Positions 1 through 15,880 of a DNA stretch of 64,000 nucleotides are shown here, in pieces. The stretch comes from Dictyostelium discoideum. Lineage: Eukaryota. The notes under the pieces were generated by a model that searched no databases, was not told the origin of the DNA, and saw only the letters and a program-made list of their open reading frames with translations. The first letter of the stretch is position 1, and every line of letters begins with the position of its first letter. The stretch spans positions 4,384,001 through 4,448,000 of the forward strand of contig CM000151.3 in the NCBI GenBank assembly GCA_000004695.1, written 5' to 3'. Both the position numbers and the translations under genes were made by a program.

Positions 1-212
1 GAATCAAATAAATATATATTTTTTTGTTTTGTTTTTTTTTTTTTTTTTCTTCTTTCCCTTTAATTATTTTTTTATTTTTATTTTTTTTTATTTTTTTTAA
101 TTTTTTTTTTTATAATTAATTTCATTAAAAAATTGTAAATTGGTTTTTATTTTTATTTTTATTTTTTTTATTTTTTTTATAATTAATTTTATTAAAAATT
201 TTCAAACAAAAA

Positions 213-1523
<1,311 letters not shown>

Positions 1524-2086
1524 AAAAATAAAAATAAAAAAAATTAAAAAATTAAAAAATTAAAATAATAATAAAAATAATATTTTTAATATATTTTGAT
1601 AATAAAATAATAAATAATAATCTTTATTTATTTTTAAATAATTTTTTTTTAATTTATTTTATTTTAGTTTGTTTATTTTATTTATTTATTTTTTTTTTTT
1701 TTTTCTAAACAATTTTTTTTTTTTTTTTGTGTAATTTAATTTTTGATAATTTTTTTTTGAAGGCAGCAAACATTACATGGGTTAAAAAAAATATTAAAAA
1801 ATTAAAATTTAAACAATTTTAATAAAAAAAAAGATATTTTTTTAAGTTTTAGTGAAACGGAATTTAAAATTAAAAAATAAAAAAAATCTTTTTTTGTAAT
1901 GGGAAATTTAAAAAAAGTTTTTTTAGATATTTTTAATTTTTATTTTATTTTATTTTTTTATTTTAAAATAAAAAAAAAATAAAAAAAAAATAAAAAAAAT
2001 GCACTGGAAAATAAACCATCACTTTTTTTTATTTTTTTATTTTTTTACTTTTTATTTTTCATATTTCTTTAAACATAAAAAAAAAA

Positions 2087-2346
2087 ATGTTTAAATACAC
2101 ATTATTATTATCATTTTTAATTTTTGGTATTGTATTATCAGCCTCATCTTCTTCATCTTCCTCATCTTCATCAACATGTAGAGCCATTACTTTTTCTGGT
2201 GCTGGTAAATATTATCTAAATTATAATAAAAGAAAAAAAAAAAATAAAAAAATAAACAATAAAATAAAAAAACACAAATCTAATATTTTATTTTATTATT
2301 TTATTGTTTATTTTATTTATTTAATTTTTTTTTAATTTATTAATAA

Positions 2347-2405
<59 letters not shown>

Positions 2406-3070
2406 AGGTGATAGAGGTGCATGGGAAACAGGTGTTGTTATGGGTATAATGAATGTAAGACAACCAGAAGATTATCGATGGCAATTTGTAACAGGTATTT
2501 CAGCAGGTTCAATTAATGCAGCAGCAATGGCAATGTTTAGTGTTGGTGATGAAACAAGTGCACGTGACTTTTTACAAAATCAATGGTTAACTTTAACAAG
2601 AGAGAATGTTTATGTAAATTGGGCAGGTGGTCCACTCGATGGAATTTTATTCCAAACTGGTTTATTTGATACAACACCATTAATTCATTTATTAAATAAT
2701 TTAATTAATACTACTAAATTAGCAAATTCTGATAGAGGATTTTTAATTGGTGCTTCAAATATTGGTACTGGTGTCTTTGATAGATTTTATAAAAATGATC
2801 CAAATATTACATTGGGTGTAGTTGCATCTTCATCTGTTCCTGGTGTTTTCCCAATGATTGAAAAAGATGGTCAATTTTATTGTGATGGTGGTTTAACAGT
2901 TAGTATTAATTATTAATTTAAAAAATAATCTACAAATTATTTAATTAAACTAACTTTAAAAATTTTTTTTTTTTTTTTAATTTGTCATTTATATAGTATG
3001 ATACTCCGTATGTATAAAATTGATAAAATCTAACAACTAGTGTGTTAAAAAGAACACAAATAATATTAAC

Positions 3071-3109
<39 letters not shown>

Positions 3110-3530
3110 AGAATTACTGATACAGTTCGTTTATGTTATGATACTGGTGCCACTGAAGTTATTGTTGATGTAATTTTAGAAGGTGCATTAGAACCAATGG
3201 AAAATGTTACAGGAATGCATACAATTGATGTCTTATTAAGAGAAGGTTCAATTTTAGCAAGAAATACTCACTTAAAAGTAAGTTGTTTTAAATTTATTAT
3301 TTATTAATTTGTTTTTTTTTTAAAAAAAAAACTAAAATTATTTGTATAATTAGGATATTGAGAATGTATACATGGCTTTCCCACAAGCAAAATTAAATAT
3401 CTATACTCCAAATACCGAAAAATTACCAGGTTACATTTTAGGTTTCCAATATTCTGCTGAAATGATTAAAATTGGTATTGTTGATGGCCAAAATCCACCA
3501 TCCCAAAATAATGACAGTAGTAATTTTTAA
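2087..3530 (+). CDS. Patatin-like phospholipase, secreted, multi-exon. Approximate exons 2087..2204, 2408..~2902, ~3126..3277, 3354..3530. The exon 2/3 junction is uncertain.
   Basis: Exon 1 encodes a signal peptide and a Ser run, and ends ...ITFSGAG at a GTAAAT donor. It splices in frame to exon 2 (GDRGAWETG...), which completes the patatin Gly-rich/oxyanion motif G-x-G-x-R-G. Exon 2 carries GxSxG (GISAGS) and the catalytic-Asp motif CDGG. Downstream exons lie between GTAAGT donors and AG acceptors and end with TAA at 3528-3530. Confidence 0.7.
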
Positions 3531-3838
3531 ATAGTTTTAAATTGTAAATAAAAAAAAATAAATAAAAAAATAATTTAAATAAAGTCAATTTATTTAAAAT
3601 TCGATTGAATAAAAAAAAAAAAAAAAATAAAAAAAAAAGTTTTCTAAACACTTTTTTTTTTTATTTTTTTTAATATAATAATTTCAGCTTTAGTAGCCAT
3701 TATAAATACTTGTGAATAAAGTTTTTTGAAATTAAATAATAATAAAAAAAAACATCTTTTTTTTTTTTTTTTAAACCTATAATTTTTTATTTTTTTTATT
3801 TTTTATTTTTTTTTTTATTTTTTTTTTTATATTATCAT

Positions 3839-5865
3839 TTAAATTTGTTTTTTATCATAACAAACATGATCCCATAATGAGAAATGGTTCTTTGGACCAA
3901 CAGTACCATCAAGATTTTGGAATTCATGTACAAAGTAAACAGAGAATTTATATAATTGTTCATCACCAGTATGTCTTTTATTGAATTCTCTACAGAGATA
4001 TCTACCATGTTCTAATCTCATAGAATCACTATTTGCTTGATTATAACCATTTTCATAATATTTAAACCATCTATGATTACCATAAGACTTGTAGAATGGA
4101 TTTGGTTTTTCAAAGTTTACTTCAGTATTAATTTGAAAATTAAACATACCTTCATTTTTAAATAATTCAACTTTAGTACCATCATCTAATTCACCATGAA
4201 TAACATGCCACCAATGTGTTTTTGGTGGTGCTGGACTAAACATATTCCAACTTTGATCTATTATTAAATAAATTTAAATAAAATTAATAAATAAAATAAA
4301 ATAAAATAAAATAAAATAAATAAAATAATGAATAAAATTAAATTAAATAATTACCTAATCTTAAAACATAAGCAAATTGATGCCAACTTTGTTGGAAACC
4401 AAAATTATAATCAAAAACATTCAAATTATAAGCAAATAAGAAATAACAAATGAATAACATCCAAATGTTATTTAAAATTGAATAAATACGTGGAGTTTGT
4501 GGAATTGGATTCTTTTTCTTTTGATATAAACTTCTTTTACCACTAGACATAATTAATGATTGTTGTGAACGACTATGAATCTTTTGACAAATCTTTGTAA
4601 ATAACATACACATATTTGCAGGTACATATGTCAATGCCTTTGCCAATGGGAATAGTAAAGGTGATTTACTACAAATGTAATTTAAAGCATGGATATTTCT
4701 TTTTCTAATTCCATTTGAATCAATTGTAACTAACCAATCATCACCAACTAAATCTTTTTTACTACCATTAATTAATGGGGAAGAAGAAAACATTGTTGAT
4801 GAAATTGTTGGTGATGATAAATTTGAAGTACGACGACGATGTGATCTTTCAGCGTCATCAGTATCTGAACCAGAGTTATCATTTGATGATGATGATGATG
4901 AACTACTGCTGCTTAATAAATATGGTGATTGAGTAGCACTATTATTGCTAATTGAATCTTCATTATTTAACATTTTTTCTAATGGTGAAAAAATAGCATG
5001 ACCTGGAATTATGAAATAAGTTTTAAAGATTAAAGCAATTCTTTGACTAATTGGACTTGAAGTATTATAATAAACACGAGTTGGTTGTTGACCTTTTAAT
5101 ACTTTCTCCTCTATCAAATCAAAGAATAATTCCCAAACTGTTGTTGGAATATTAATTAATTCTGCACCTGCTGTAACGAAAAAGAATAAACCTAAACGTA
5201 AACACATAATAAAACCAGCATGCATAGCAATAAATCCAATTGCACCAAATAATCTACACCAATCTGAATAAACTGGTGAAATTAAAAATAAAATACCAAA
5301 TAATTCCCATTTTGCAACTGCAATTGTTAAAACTCTATAATAATAATAATAATAATAAAAAAAGTTAATATGTTATTATTTTTATTATTGTTGTTATTGT
5401 TGTTAATTTATAATAAATTAAAATATTTACTTTAATGCTGGAGGGAAATATAAAAATAATTTAGCGATATCAGTAGCGAAATAATCTAAAGTTAAAGCAT
5501 AGAAAGTTGCATCACCATTATGCCATTCTGCACCAGATTTATGAAAATATGAAGTACAATACATTAAACCAATTTGTAAGATAATTGCACAAGTACCGAA
5601 TGAAACGAAACGATAACTATCTGGATCTCTTTTTGCTTGGATAACTTTTTGTTCAATACCACGTTCACTACCAATCTCAATACCAATTTCATCTTTATTA
5701 ATATTAATATCTTTTAATTGTTGTTGTTGTGGTGGTTGTAAAATTAATTCTTGGTCATGTTGTAATTGTTGTTGTAATAGTTGTTGTTGTTGTAATGGTG
5801 ATTCTGGTTCTGATAAATTAATTATTGGTATATTCGTACTATTTATTACATTATTTATTATTACA

Positions 5866-5896
<31 letters not shown>

Positions 5897-6473
5897 TTAC
5901 AATATTATTATTATTATTATTATTTAAACGTTTTATTGGTGAATCTTGATAAAATGTTGCACTATCCCAAGAGAAATATTTTGAAGTTGGTATGAAAATA
6001 TTTAAAAATAACATCATACGAAAGAAAACATCACCACCATGACCAATGACACCAATGTAGGCTTGCAATGAAATTGTCATTAACCAAGTTAGAATAGAGC
6101 TTAGTTTTGTACGATAACCAATTAACATTGAAAATGCAATTACAATATGTAATGTGAATAGAAATGCTTGGAAACAAAATGATGTATTAACTAAATGAAT
6201 TGGTAAAAAGTAATTACTACTATAACGTGATGTAATTAAATGACGAGGCATAACACCACTATCTGTATACATTACACTTAAATCCGTTGCACGTTCAATA
6301 ACATCACCAATTACACATAATGCCATCGTAACTCTAAACAATGCCATTGATCTATAATCCATACCAAACATCATCAATGTTTTATGTTGAACCTTTTTCC
6401 ATGTCTCTTTTGATATAAAATTATGAAATGATTCTGTAAAACTTTGTGGTCTTTTTAATTTTAATTTACCCAT
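3839..6473 (-). CDS. HTTM-domain polytopic membrane protein (vitamin K-dependent gamma-carboxylase / lipase-maturation-factor-like). Three exons: 5431..6473, 4355..5334, 3839..4257.
   Basis: The N-terminal part matches the HTTM domain pattern (FGMDYRSMALFRVTMALCVIGDVIERATDLS..., PVYSDWCRLFGAIGFIAMHAGFIM...). Two GTAAAT/GTAATT donors and TTATAG/AATAG acceptors join three ORFs in phase (...PPALK|VLTIAVAKWELFG..., ...RL|DQSWNMFSPAPP...). There is a poly-Asn/Gln insert and a C-terminal soluble region (HWWHVIHGELDDG...). Confidence 0.6.
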
Positions 6474-6564
6474 TTTTTTTTTTTTTTATTATTTAATTAA
6501 TTAATTTATTAACTTTTAAAAAATTATAATTATTATTATAATTATTATTTATGATAATATCATG

Positions 6565-6612
<48 letters not shown>

Positions 6613-7349
6613 GAATGGTTTATTGCTTATTGTTTTTTTTTTTATTTTTTTTTATTTTTTTTAAACAAAAAGTGACAAGAATAAAAAAATAGAACAAAAA
6701 AAAAAAAAAAAAGAAAATTAAAAAATGATTTTGAAGAAAGTAAAATAAAATATAAAAAATAAAAAAAAAAAAAAATAAAAAAAATGAGCTGCTGGTAGAT
6801 TCGGTTGGATAACTGAGCAAACAGAAATTTTTCCAAAATTTCCAAATTTTGATATTTTTCAACTTTGGCGAAGAAATATTTTATTTTTTTTTTTTTTTTT
6901 TTATTTTTTTTTTTTTTTTTTATTTTTTTTTTATTTTTTTATTTTTTTTTTTATTAACCAAAAATTAATTTGGTTGATATTTAAGTATGGTTGATGTTGT
7001 TTATTTTAATAAATTGACTTGGTTTTTATTCAAATGAATAACAAAGCAATATCACCGAAATAAAAAAAAAAAAAAAAAAAAAAAAAAACAATTGAATTTT
7101 CTATTTTCGTTTTAATTTTATAGAATCATCTTGACAGTACAGAATCAGTAAAATTTTTTTTTTTTTTTTTATTTTATAATGATATAAGATATAAAGAATA
7201 TATTTTTCTCTCTCTTTTTCTTAAATATCTTTTTTAGTTACCTAAATAAAAAAGTTTTTTTTTTTCTCTTCTCGAGTCTTTTTTTTTTTTTTAAAATAGA
7301 TTTTTATTTTTAGATTTTTTTTTTTTTTTTTTTTTTTTTTTGAAAAAAA

Positions 7350-7387
<38 letters not shown>

Positions 7388-7449
7388 TTTGATAAATAAA
7401 ATAAATATAATCCTTTTTTTTTTTTTTTTTTTTATTTTCTTTTTTTTAT

Positions 7450-8827
<1,378 letters not shown>

Positions 8828-9137
8828 ATTATATAATATAAAATAGTGTATATAGAAAAAAAAAAAAAAAAAAAAAAAAAAATAAAAAATAAAATAAAAT
8901 TGAAAAATTGGGAATTGGAAAAAAAAAAAAATAAAAAAAAAAAATAAAAAATAAAAAATTTTTTTTACAACATACAAAAACCTTTCTTTCTTTCTTTCTT
9001 TTTTTTTTTTTATTTTATTTTATTTATTAAACTTTATTTAACTGTTTTGCCAACCTTTCATTATTTTGTAATGAACTTATTCTTTTTCTTTCTTTAACAA
9101 AATAAATTGAAAAAACAAATACTACTAAAACTACAAC

Positions 9138-9205
9138 CTAAATTTTTATTATTATTATTATTTTTTTTTTTTTTTTGGAATAAGGAAATATTAATATTAA
9201 TATTA

Positions 9206-9247
<42 letters not shown>

Positions 9248-9815
9248 CGATTATAATAATTACTTCAAAATATATTATATTAATTGCGGAAGTTTTTTCA
9301 ATTTTAGGATTATTATTATTATTATTATTTATACCATCAATATTATGATTTTTGTTATTATAATAATTATTATTTTTAGTTTTTTTATTATTTAAAATTT
9401 TACAAGAAATAAATCGTATTGATTCATTATCTTCACAAAACATTTTAATTCTATGATTAGTTGAACAATATGGTTCATTCTTTTCAGATTCTAAACATTC
9501 TCTACAAGTTTCTATTATTTTACATCCATTCTCTTGATAATTACTAGCATCTTCACTATCGTCAAAATCAATTGTTTCACCATTTGGTGTTTTACCTCTG
9601 GTTATTTTAAAATCATCTAATAATAATAATTCTTCACTACTTTTTTCTTTTTCTTCTTCTTCTTTTTTAATTACGTCATTATCATTATTGTTTTTTAATA
9701 ATTTATTATGATTATTTTGTATTATTGAATTTATATTATCTTTTTCTGAATTCGCTATATTAAAAATATTTAATAATAATATTATTATTATAATAAATTT
9801 AATTATTCCTTTCAT
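9138..9815 (-). CDS. Hypothetical secreted Cys-containing protein. The 3' end is uncertain: the ORF runs into low complexity and there may be an intron near 9250.
   Basis: ATG at 9815, an N-terminal signal peptide (MKGIIKFIIIIILLLNIFNIANS), an acidic region and a Cys cluster (CKIIETCRECLESEKNEPYCSTNHRIKMFCEDNESIRFISC). A GTAATT donor candidate follows ...IIYFE. I recognise no family. Confidence 0.4.
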
Positions 9816-10653
9816 TATATTATTATTACTATTATTATTATTATATATAAATTAATTGGTGTTTAATAATTTTTTTTATTTTTTTTATTTTTTTTATTTT
9901 TTTTATTTTTTTCAATTAAAATTTTAATGAAATTAATAATTATTATATATTAGTTTTTTTTAAGTTATTGGTTTATGTGTTTTAAAAAACTATTATTATT
10001 ATTGTTATTGTTATTATTATTATTTGTATAAATTTTTTTTATTTTTTTTTAATTTTATAAAGTATTCAAAAAAAAAAAAAAAAAAAAAATTAAAAAAAAT
10101 AATATAAAAAAAAATAAAAAAAAAAATAAAAAAAAAAATAAAAAAAAAAAAAAAAATAAAAAAAATAAAAACCGCTCCAATTCTAAAACAGTGTGGAATG
10201 TGAAAATATATTGATACTGCGTTATATCAACAAAATTAAGTTGTTTTTTTTTTTGTGTGTGTTAGATTGCAAATTATTTGGAAATTTTTTTTTTTTTTGA
10301 CAATTTTAAATTATTTGTGTTTGTAGAAAATTTAAAAAAAAAAAAAAAATAATATTCTTGAGAATTGAATCTAGATTTGCAATCATTTTAAAAGTCGGTC
10401 CAATTAAACTATTTTAATACATACTTTTTTTTATTTTATAATCATCTGGATTTATCTTTTTATTAAAAGAAAATGGTGAAAATTTCAACAAAACTATTTT
10501 AAAATTAATTGAAAAAAAAGGAAAATAAAAAAAAAAAGTTAAAAAATAATTTCATAGGATATCCATTTTTTTATATTTTTATTTATTTTATTTTTTTATT
10601 TTTTTTTATATATACACTAGTGATTACTATTTACTATTTATTATAAAACTAAT

Positions 10654-11239
10654 TTAATTTATATTTACAGTTGTTGGTTTATTATTAATATTAATATTAT
10701 TGTTATTAATATTATTATTATTATTATTTAAATTATTTTGATAAAAATTATCATAATAAATTGTTTTTTTATATTTATTTTCAATATAATTTTTAACAGG
10801 TATTTCATGTTTTTTATTTTTATTTGCATGATAAGTATTTACGACAAAGAAAGCGACTACCCAAAATTTATCAGTTACTAATTTTGCCATTTCTTTACTA
10901 CTATCAATTTTAAATTGATTCAATATATAAAACCAACGTCTTCTAATTGCACTATCCAACATATTGAAATGACTTAAACCATCTGAACAATCGATTTCAT
11001 TTAATATTATATCACTATCATAAATTGATATTAAATCATTAAAAAATTGAGCTTTTTTAATTAAATTATCTTCTTTAAATATAATCATTTCATTATGATT
11101 TAAATTATTATTTGATAAAATTGGTGAACCTTTTTTATAATTATATTTTATTGATATTATACATGAATCATCATTATCATTATTAATTTCATCATCATCA
11201 TTATTAATTATTTCATTAATTTCATTATTATTATTAATT

Positions 11240-11312
<73 letters not shown>

Positions 11313-11523
11313 ATGGTTTTTTCTGTTTAATAAAATTTAAAATTATTCTAAAATCTTTTCTGTATTCATCATCACCATATAAATTTAAGAGGTATAATTT
11401 CTCTTGTGATTTTCTTTCGAAAATTTCATATATAACTACTAAAATTGAAATAATTACTGATATTAATGAGATTATTAATGTAATAATTGATAAATCTAAA
11501 TTAAATGAATCAATATCTGTCAT
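10654..11523 (-). CDS. Hypothetical protein with an N-terminal transmembrane helix and poly-Asn/acidic linker.
   Basis: ATG at 11523. A hydrophobic segment follows (LSIITLIISLISVIISILVVIY), then a (AAT)n-encoded Asn run and a non-repetitive C-terminal domain (…DCSDGLSHFNMLDSAIRRRWFYILNQF…). No family recognised. Confidence 0.45.
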
Positions 11524-11577
11524 CTTATATATATATGTAGGTTAATAAAAAAGTATTAATATTGCGTAACTTTTTTT

Positions 11578-11609
<32 letters not shown>

Positions 11610-11656
11610 ATAAAAAAAACAAAAAAACACATATCAAGTGTCATATATGTCAAAGG

Positions 11657-11692
<36 letters not shown>

Positions 11693-11990
11693 AAACAATA
11701 AAATAAAACTGAAAAACAAAACTGAAAAATCTTACTTATTCCGCCATCAAATGATTTCAATGAAAATTTCAAAGTTTTCTCATATTAAACATAATCACCA
11801 TCACTTTTTTTTACCATTAAAAAAAAAAAAAAAAAAAAAGTAAATATAAAAAAGATATTAACATATATTTAAAATAATAGTTTTTATTTTTTATTTTTTT
11901 TTATTTTCCTAAATTTTTAATTAAAATTAAGATTTATCATATTTTCTAAACATTTTTTTTTTATTTTTTTTATTTATTTATTTTTAATTT

Positions 11991-12675
11991 TTAATCAATT
12001 TTCTTTGATTTAATATTAGTATTACTATTAGAATTTTTTGGTGTATAAGATTTAACAAAGAATTTAGAGAATAAGAAAAGGAAAGAAAAGTTAATTGAAT
12101 AGGCAGCAGCAAAAGCAGGATAATGAGTGAAACAACCAATAGTATTAATAGTATAAACATGAAGTACACCAGCGATACCAAGACAAACGAATTGAAGGAT
12201 TTGAATCATTGTAATATATTTTTTCCACCAAACTGTTTTACCTCTACCAGTTTGGAAATAGAAATAGTACATGAATACATGAACGAATGTATTTAAAAAC
12301 ACAACCCATAATTGGAAATTCCAACCACTGTATAAAAAAGAACCAACATAACCAAACGACAATACAATGATGATAGACGTGTAAGAAAATCAATGGTTTC
12401 TTTTTCAATACTATAATAACTGTATCTAAAAGTTCATAAAATTTACTAATATAAAATATATAGGACCAATAATAGGTTACACCTTTATCAAATCCACCGT
12501 TTGGATCTTCACAAACTGTGAATAATGGTCCTTCATTTGAAACTCTTTTAATAATTTCATATAAAACACCAACACACATAATTAATGACCAAATACATAA
12601 AATTGCATTATGTAAAATTGAAATGAATTTTAAAGAAAATGGTTTTCTATTTTTCATTAAAAACTAAATAATTAA

Positions 12676-12713
<38 letters not shown>

Positions 12714-12991
12714 AAAATAAAATTAGAATTTATTTTACAATAATTAAATTATTATATGAATATATATAGTATTTTTATATTTACTTTAATTGAAAAAATT
12801 GTAACTAAATAAATAACTAAAACAATTGGAATTATTTGAAATTGTGAAAATGGTGTAACACCAAAATTAAATTTATAATTAACTGGATCAATTAATTCTT
12901 TCCAATTTGAATCTTTAAAACTATGTTGAACCAATTTTTCCCAACTTTTTGGGTCAGTCCATTCTGTAATTATAGATTGAACAGTTTCCAT
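11991..12991 (-). CDS. ELO family fatty-acid elongase (GNS1/SUR4). Two exons, 12785..12991 and 11991..12663. As given, the second exon carries an apparent +1 frameshift near 12333.
   Basis: Exon 1 (METVQSIITEWTDPKSWEKL...) ends at a GTAAAT donor. Exon 2 has ...YIFYISKFYELLDTVIIVLKKKPLIFLHVYHH, the ELO histidine box HxxHH. The downstream ELO motif NTFVHVFMYYFYF lies in the +1 frame. The two frames overlap on the same nucleotides around an A6/T6 homopolymer at 12335-12340. Confidence 0.75.
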
Positions 12992-13572
12992 ATTTATAAT
13001 TTTATTTTTTTTTTTTTCTGTATTTATAAATAAATAAAAATTATTTAAAATAAAATTTTTTTTTAAGCGACTGACAGAAAAACAATACGAAAAAATAAAA
13101 ATAAAAATGACAAAAAAAAAAAAAAAAAAACTTTTAATAGAAATATCGGGTGTCGCTTTGTTAAAATAAAATAAAAAAATAAAAAAAATAAAAAAAAAAT
13201 AAAAAAAAAATAAATTTAAGTTTGGGAAATCCCAAACCAAGATATTTTTTTTAAAAAAAAAAATGATTTCACTAATTTATTTAATGATAATTATGTAAAA
13301 TAATTACATTTTTTTAAAATTATATAAAAGTTTAAAATTAAAAAAAATAATTAATATTTTTGAAAAAAAAAAAAAAAACTTACTATCAGAAAGGTTATTA
13401 ATTTTTTTTTTATTTTTTTTTTATTTTTTATTTTTTTTTTTTTTCAAAAATATAAATTTTTTTTATTTTTTTTTTTTTTTGTTATATTTTTTTTGGATAA
13501 TGAAATATAAGTTACTTCTCATTGGGATATATGTTCTCATTGGTATATAAAAAAATCTATTTAATATAAAAC

Positions 13573-13603
<31 letters not shown>

Positions 13604-13911
13604 TCTTGAAAATCTTGTTAATTCCAAACAACAAACATATATACAATATATTCGTTCAATGATTCAAAATATTATTAAAATTAATTCGAAAAAATTTAGA
13701 CAAATTAAAAAAAAAATAGAAAATAAATTGTTAAATGCTTATATTGATAAGGTTGGCGCTTGTCTGTTGGTCGCCTCTTTTTTTTTTTTACTCTTATTTT
13801 TTATTTTCCATGCATATCCCCTTAAAAATTGATTAAAAAAAAAAAAAAAATGAATAAAAAATATGACTTTGTTAATTTTTAATATTTATTAATTTTTAAT
13901 ATATAATATTT

Positions 13912-14692
13912 TTAAAAATATGAAAAGTAATATTTAATTGAAGGATTTGAAGAATTAAAATAATTATTAATTGTAAATGATGAAATTGGTAATAAAGTAT
14001 CAAGATCAATGATTGAAACTTCAGTTACCATATCACCACCATCAGATTTGTTAAGATTTGAAATTATTAAACCAGATTTATCTAAAGTTAATTGGAATGG
14101 ATTAAATTGATTGTTATTATTATTATTTTTGAAATTATTATTAATTTTAGTACTGAAAACATTATTACAACTATTACTGGCGGCATCAAATTGACACATT
14201 TCCATAAGATCATTATTTTTACTAATTTGGATTAAATATAAATTTGAAGTATTTGGTGAAGTTAATAACATTGTGTTTTTAGATGGATCTTGTAAACCTT
14301 TAATAGAGTTAAATCTTTTTTCAACAGATATAGAACCACTAGTATCAATTACCATTAAATTGGTTTGACTCAAAGATAATGGTGAAAAGGCTATATACAT
14401 TAAATGATTTTGTTGATCATATGCAAGTAATGGTAAAAGGTCACTTGAAAAATTATCAAAATGAAAACAAAGACTACTTTGTTTGGAAAAATCATATTTT
14501 GCTAAACAATTAACAGCTGGTTCAATATTTGAAGTTTCATTGTCATATAAACTACATCATTTGAATAAGCATATGGTTGATTTGCATTTATACCTCTAAA
14601 ATTCAACATTGGTGAATCAATAACTCTAATTTCATTTGACTATTTAAAAATAAAATTAGTAAAATTTTTTTATTTTTTTTTTTATTCACTGC

Positions 14693-14753
<61 letters not shown>

Positions 14754-15181
14754 ATACATTTAAATTTAAAGAAAGAATAGAACCTGTTGAATAAAGATCA
14801 TTAATAGAGTATAAAAGAATCTTTTTTTAAAAAAAAAAAAAAAATTATTTTAATTTATTTATGTTAATAATTTATTTATGATCATAAATTTTTTTTTAAA
14901 AAAAAAAAAATTAAAAAACTTACAGAATTTGAAAGTTGATCAATACCTAAAATACCATTTATAACATATCCATTTGGTACATTAATTGAAACATTTTTAA
15001 CAACTGTATTTTGTGATGGATCAATAACTATAAAATATTGATTTGAATAGGTTTCATTATTAATTTGAAATGCATAAATAAAATGAGATTGGTTATCGCC
15101 AATACTTTCACTGATCACACAGCTTCTAAAATTAAGAACACAAAAATAAAATAAAAATAAAATAATTGAAAATGTTTTCAT
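13912..15181 (-). CDS. Hypothetical secreted protein, multi-exon. The signal-peptide exon is ~14882..15181 and the main exons are ~13912..14640.
   Basis: The first exon encodes a signal peptide (MKTFSIILFLFYFCVLNF...). A long intron contains an (AAAT)15 microsatellite at 14697-14756. The downstream ORF is rich in Asn and Ser (…MYIAFSPLSLSQTNLMVIDTSGSISVEK…). No family recognised. Internal boundaries are not resolved. Confidence 0.4.
14697..14756. repeat. (AAAT)15 tetranucleotide microsatellite inside an intron.
   Basis: Perfect aaataaataaat... run of 60 nt. Confidence 0.9.
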
Positions 15182-15326
15182 TTTTTAGTACGAAAAGGTT
15201 TAAAAAAAAAAAAAAAAAAAATAAATAAAACTAAAAAAAAAAAAAACAAAAAAAAATTTAAAAATAATAAAAAATTAAAAACAATAAAAAATAATAAAAA
15301 ATTAAAAATAATAAAAAATACTTTAA

Positions 15327-15476
15327 CTTACTCGAGATATTTTAAAATATCCACCAAAAATCGCCACGTTGTTAGGAAAAAAAAAAAAAAATTGAAAAAT
15401 ATTGTAAACTTTCTCCAAATATTTTAAAATATCCACCAAAAATCACCATGTTGTAAGGAAAAAAAAAAAAAAAAAT
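15327..15476. repeat. Two copies of a ~55-bp direct repeat, each ending in an A-run, ~400 bp upstream of tRNA-Ser.
   Basis: ATATTTTAAAATATCCACCAAAAATCGCCACGTTGTTAGGAAAAAAAAAAAA at 15332-15385 recurs as ATATTTTAAAATATCCACCAAAAATCACCATGTTGTAAGGAAAAAAAAAAAAAAAA at 15419-15476 (3 mismatches). Confidence 0.8.
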
Positions 15477-15880
15477 CTTTTTTTAGGGTCATTAAGTTAT
15501 TCAATTAAACATTCATATTCAGTTCAAAGAAATCAAACCATTGAGTTTGTTCCCACTTTATGGTGCTTTTTAAAGTGGAAAGATTTATTTTGTTTTTTTT
15601 ATTTGTTTGTTTATATTTATTTTTTTATTACTAGTTTTTGTCTAATATGTTGTTGATGTAATATAAGTATGATTCGATACAGATGACGTAGTGGAAAAGA
15701 TGAATAGTAGGTGGCCAATTGTAATCTTTAAAAAAAAAATATTTTTTAATTTATCTTTCTATTTTTTAATTTAATCATAATTTAGATAAAAGCTAAATTT
15801 TTTTATTACACATTTTTTTTGATTTTGATTTTGATTTTTTTTACACATGTCATTTCCTAAAAAATCGAAATTTCATCAAA

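Noticed and set aside
13741-13790. A GC-rich hairpin (GGCGCTTGTCTGTTGGTCGCC) followed by a T10 run, resembling a bacterial rho-independent terminator.
   Set aside because: The genomic context is eukaryotic, with spliced genes on both sides. Hairpin-plus-T-run is not a known termination signal for Pol II genes here, and T-runs occur everywhere in this DNA. Most likely coincidental.
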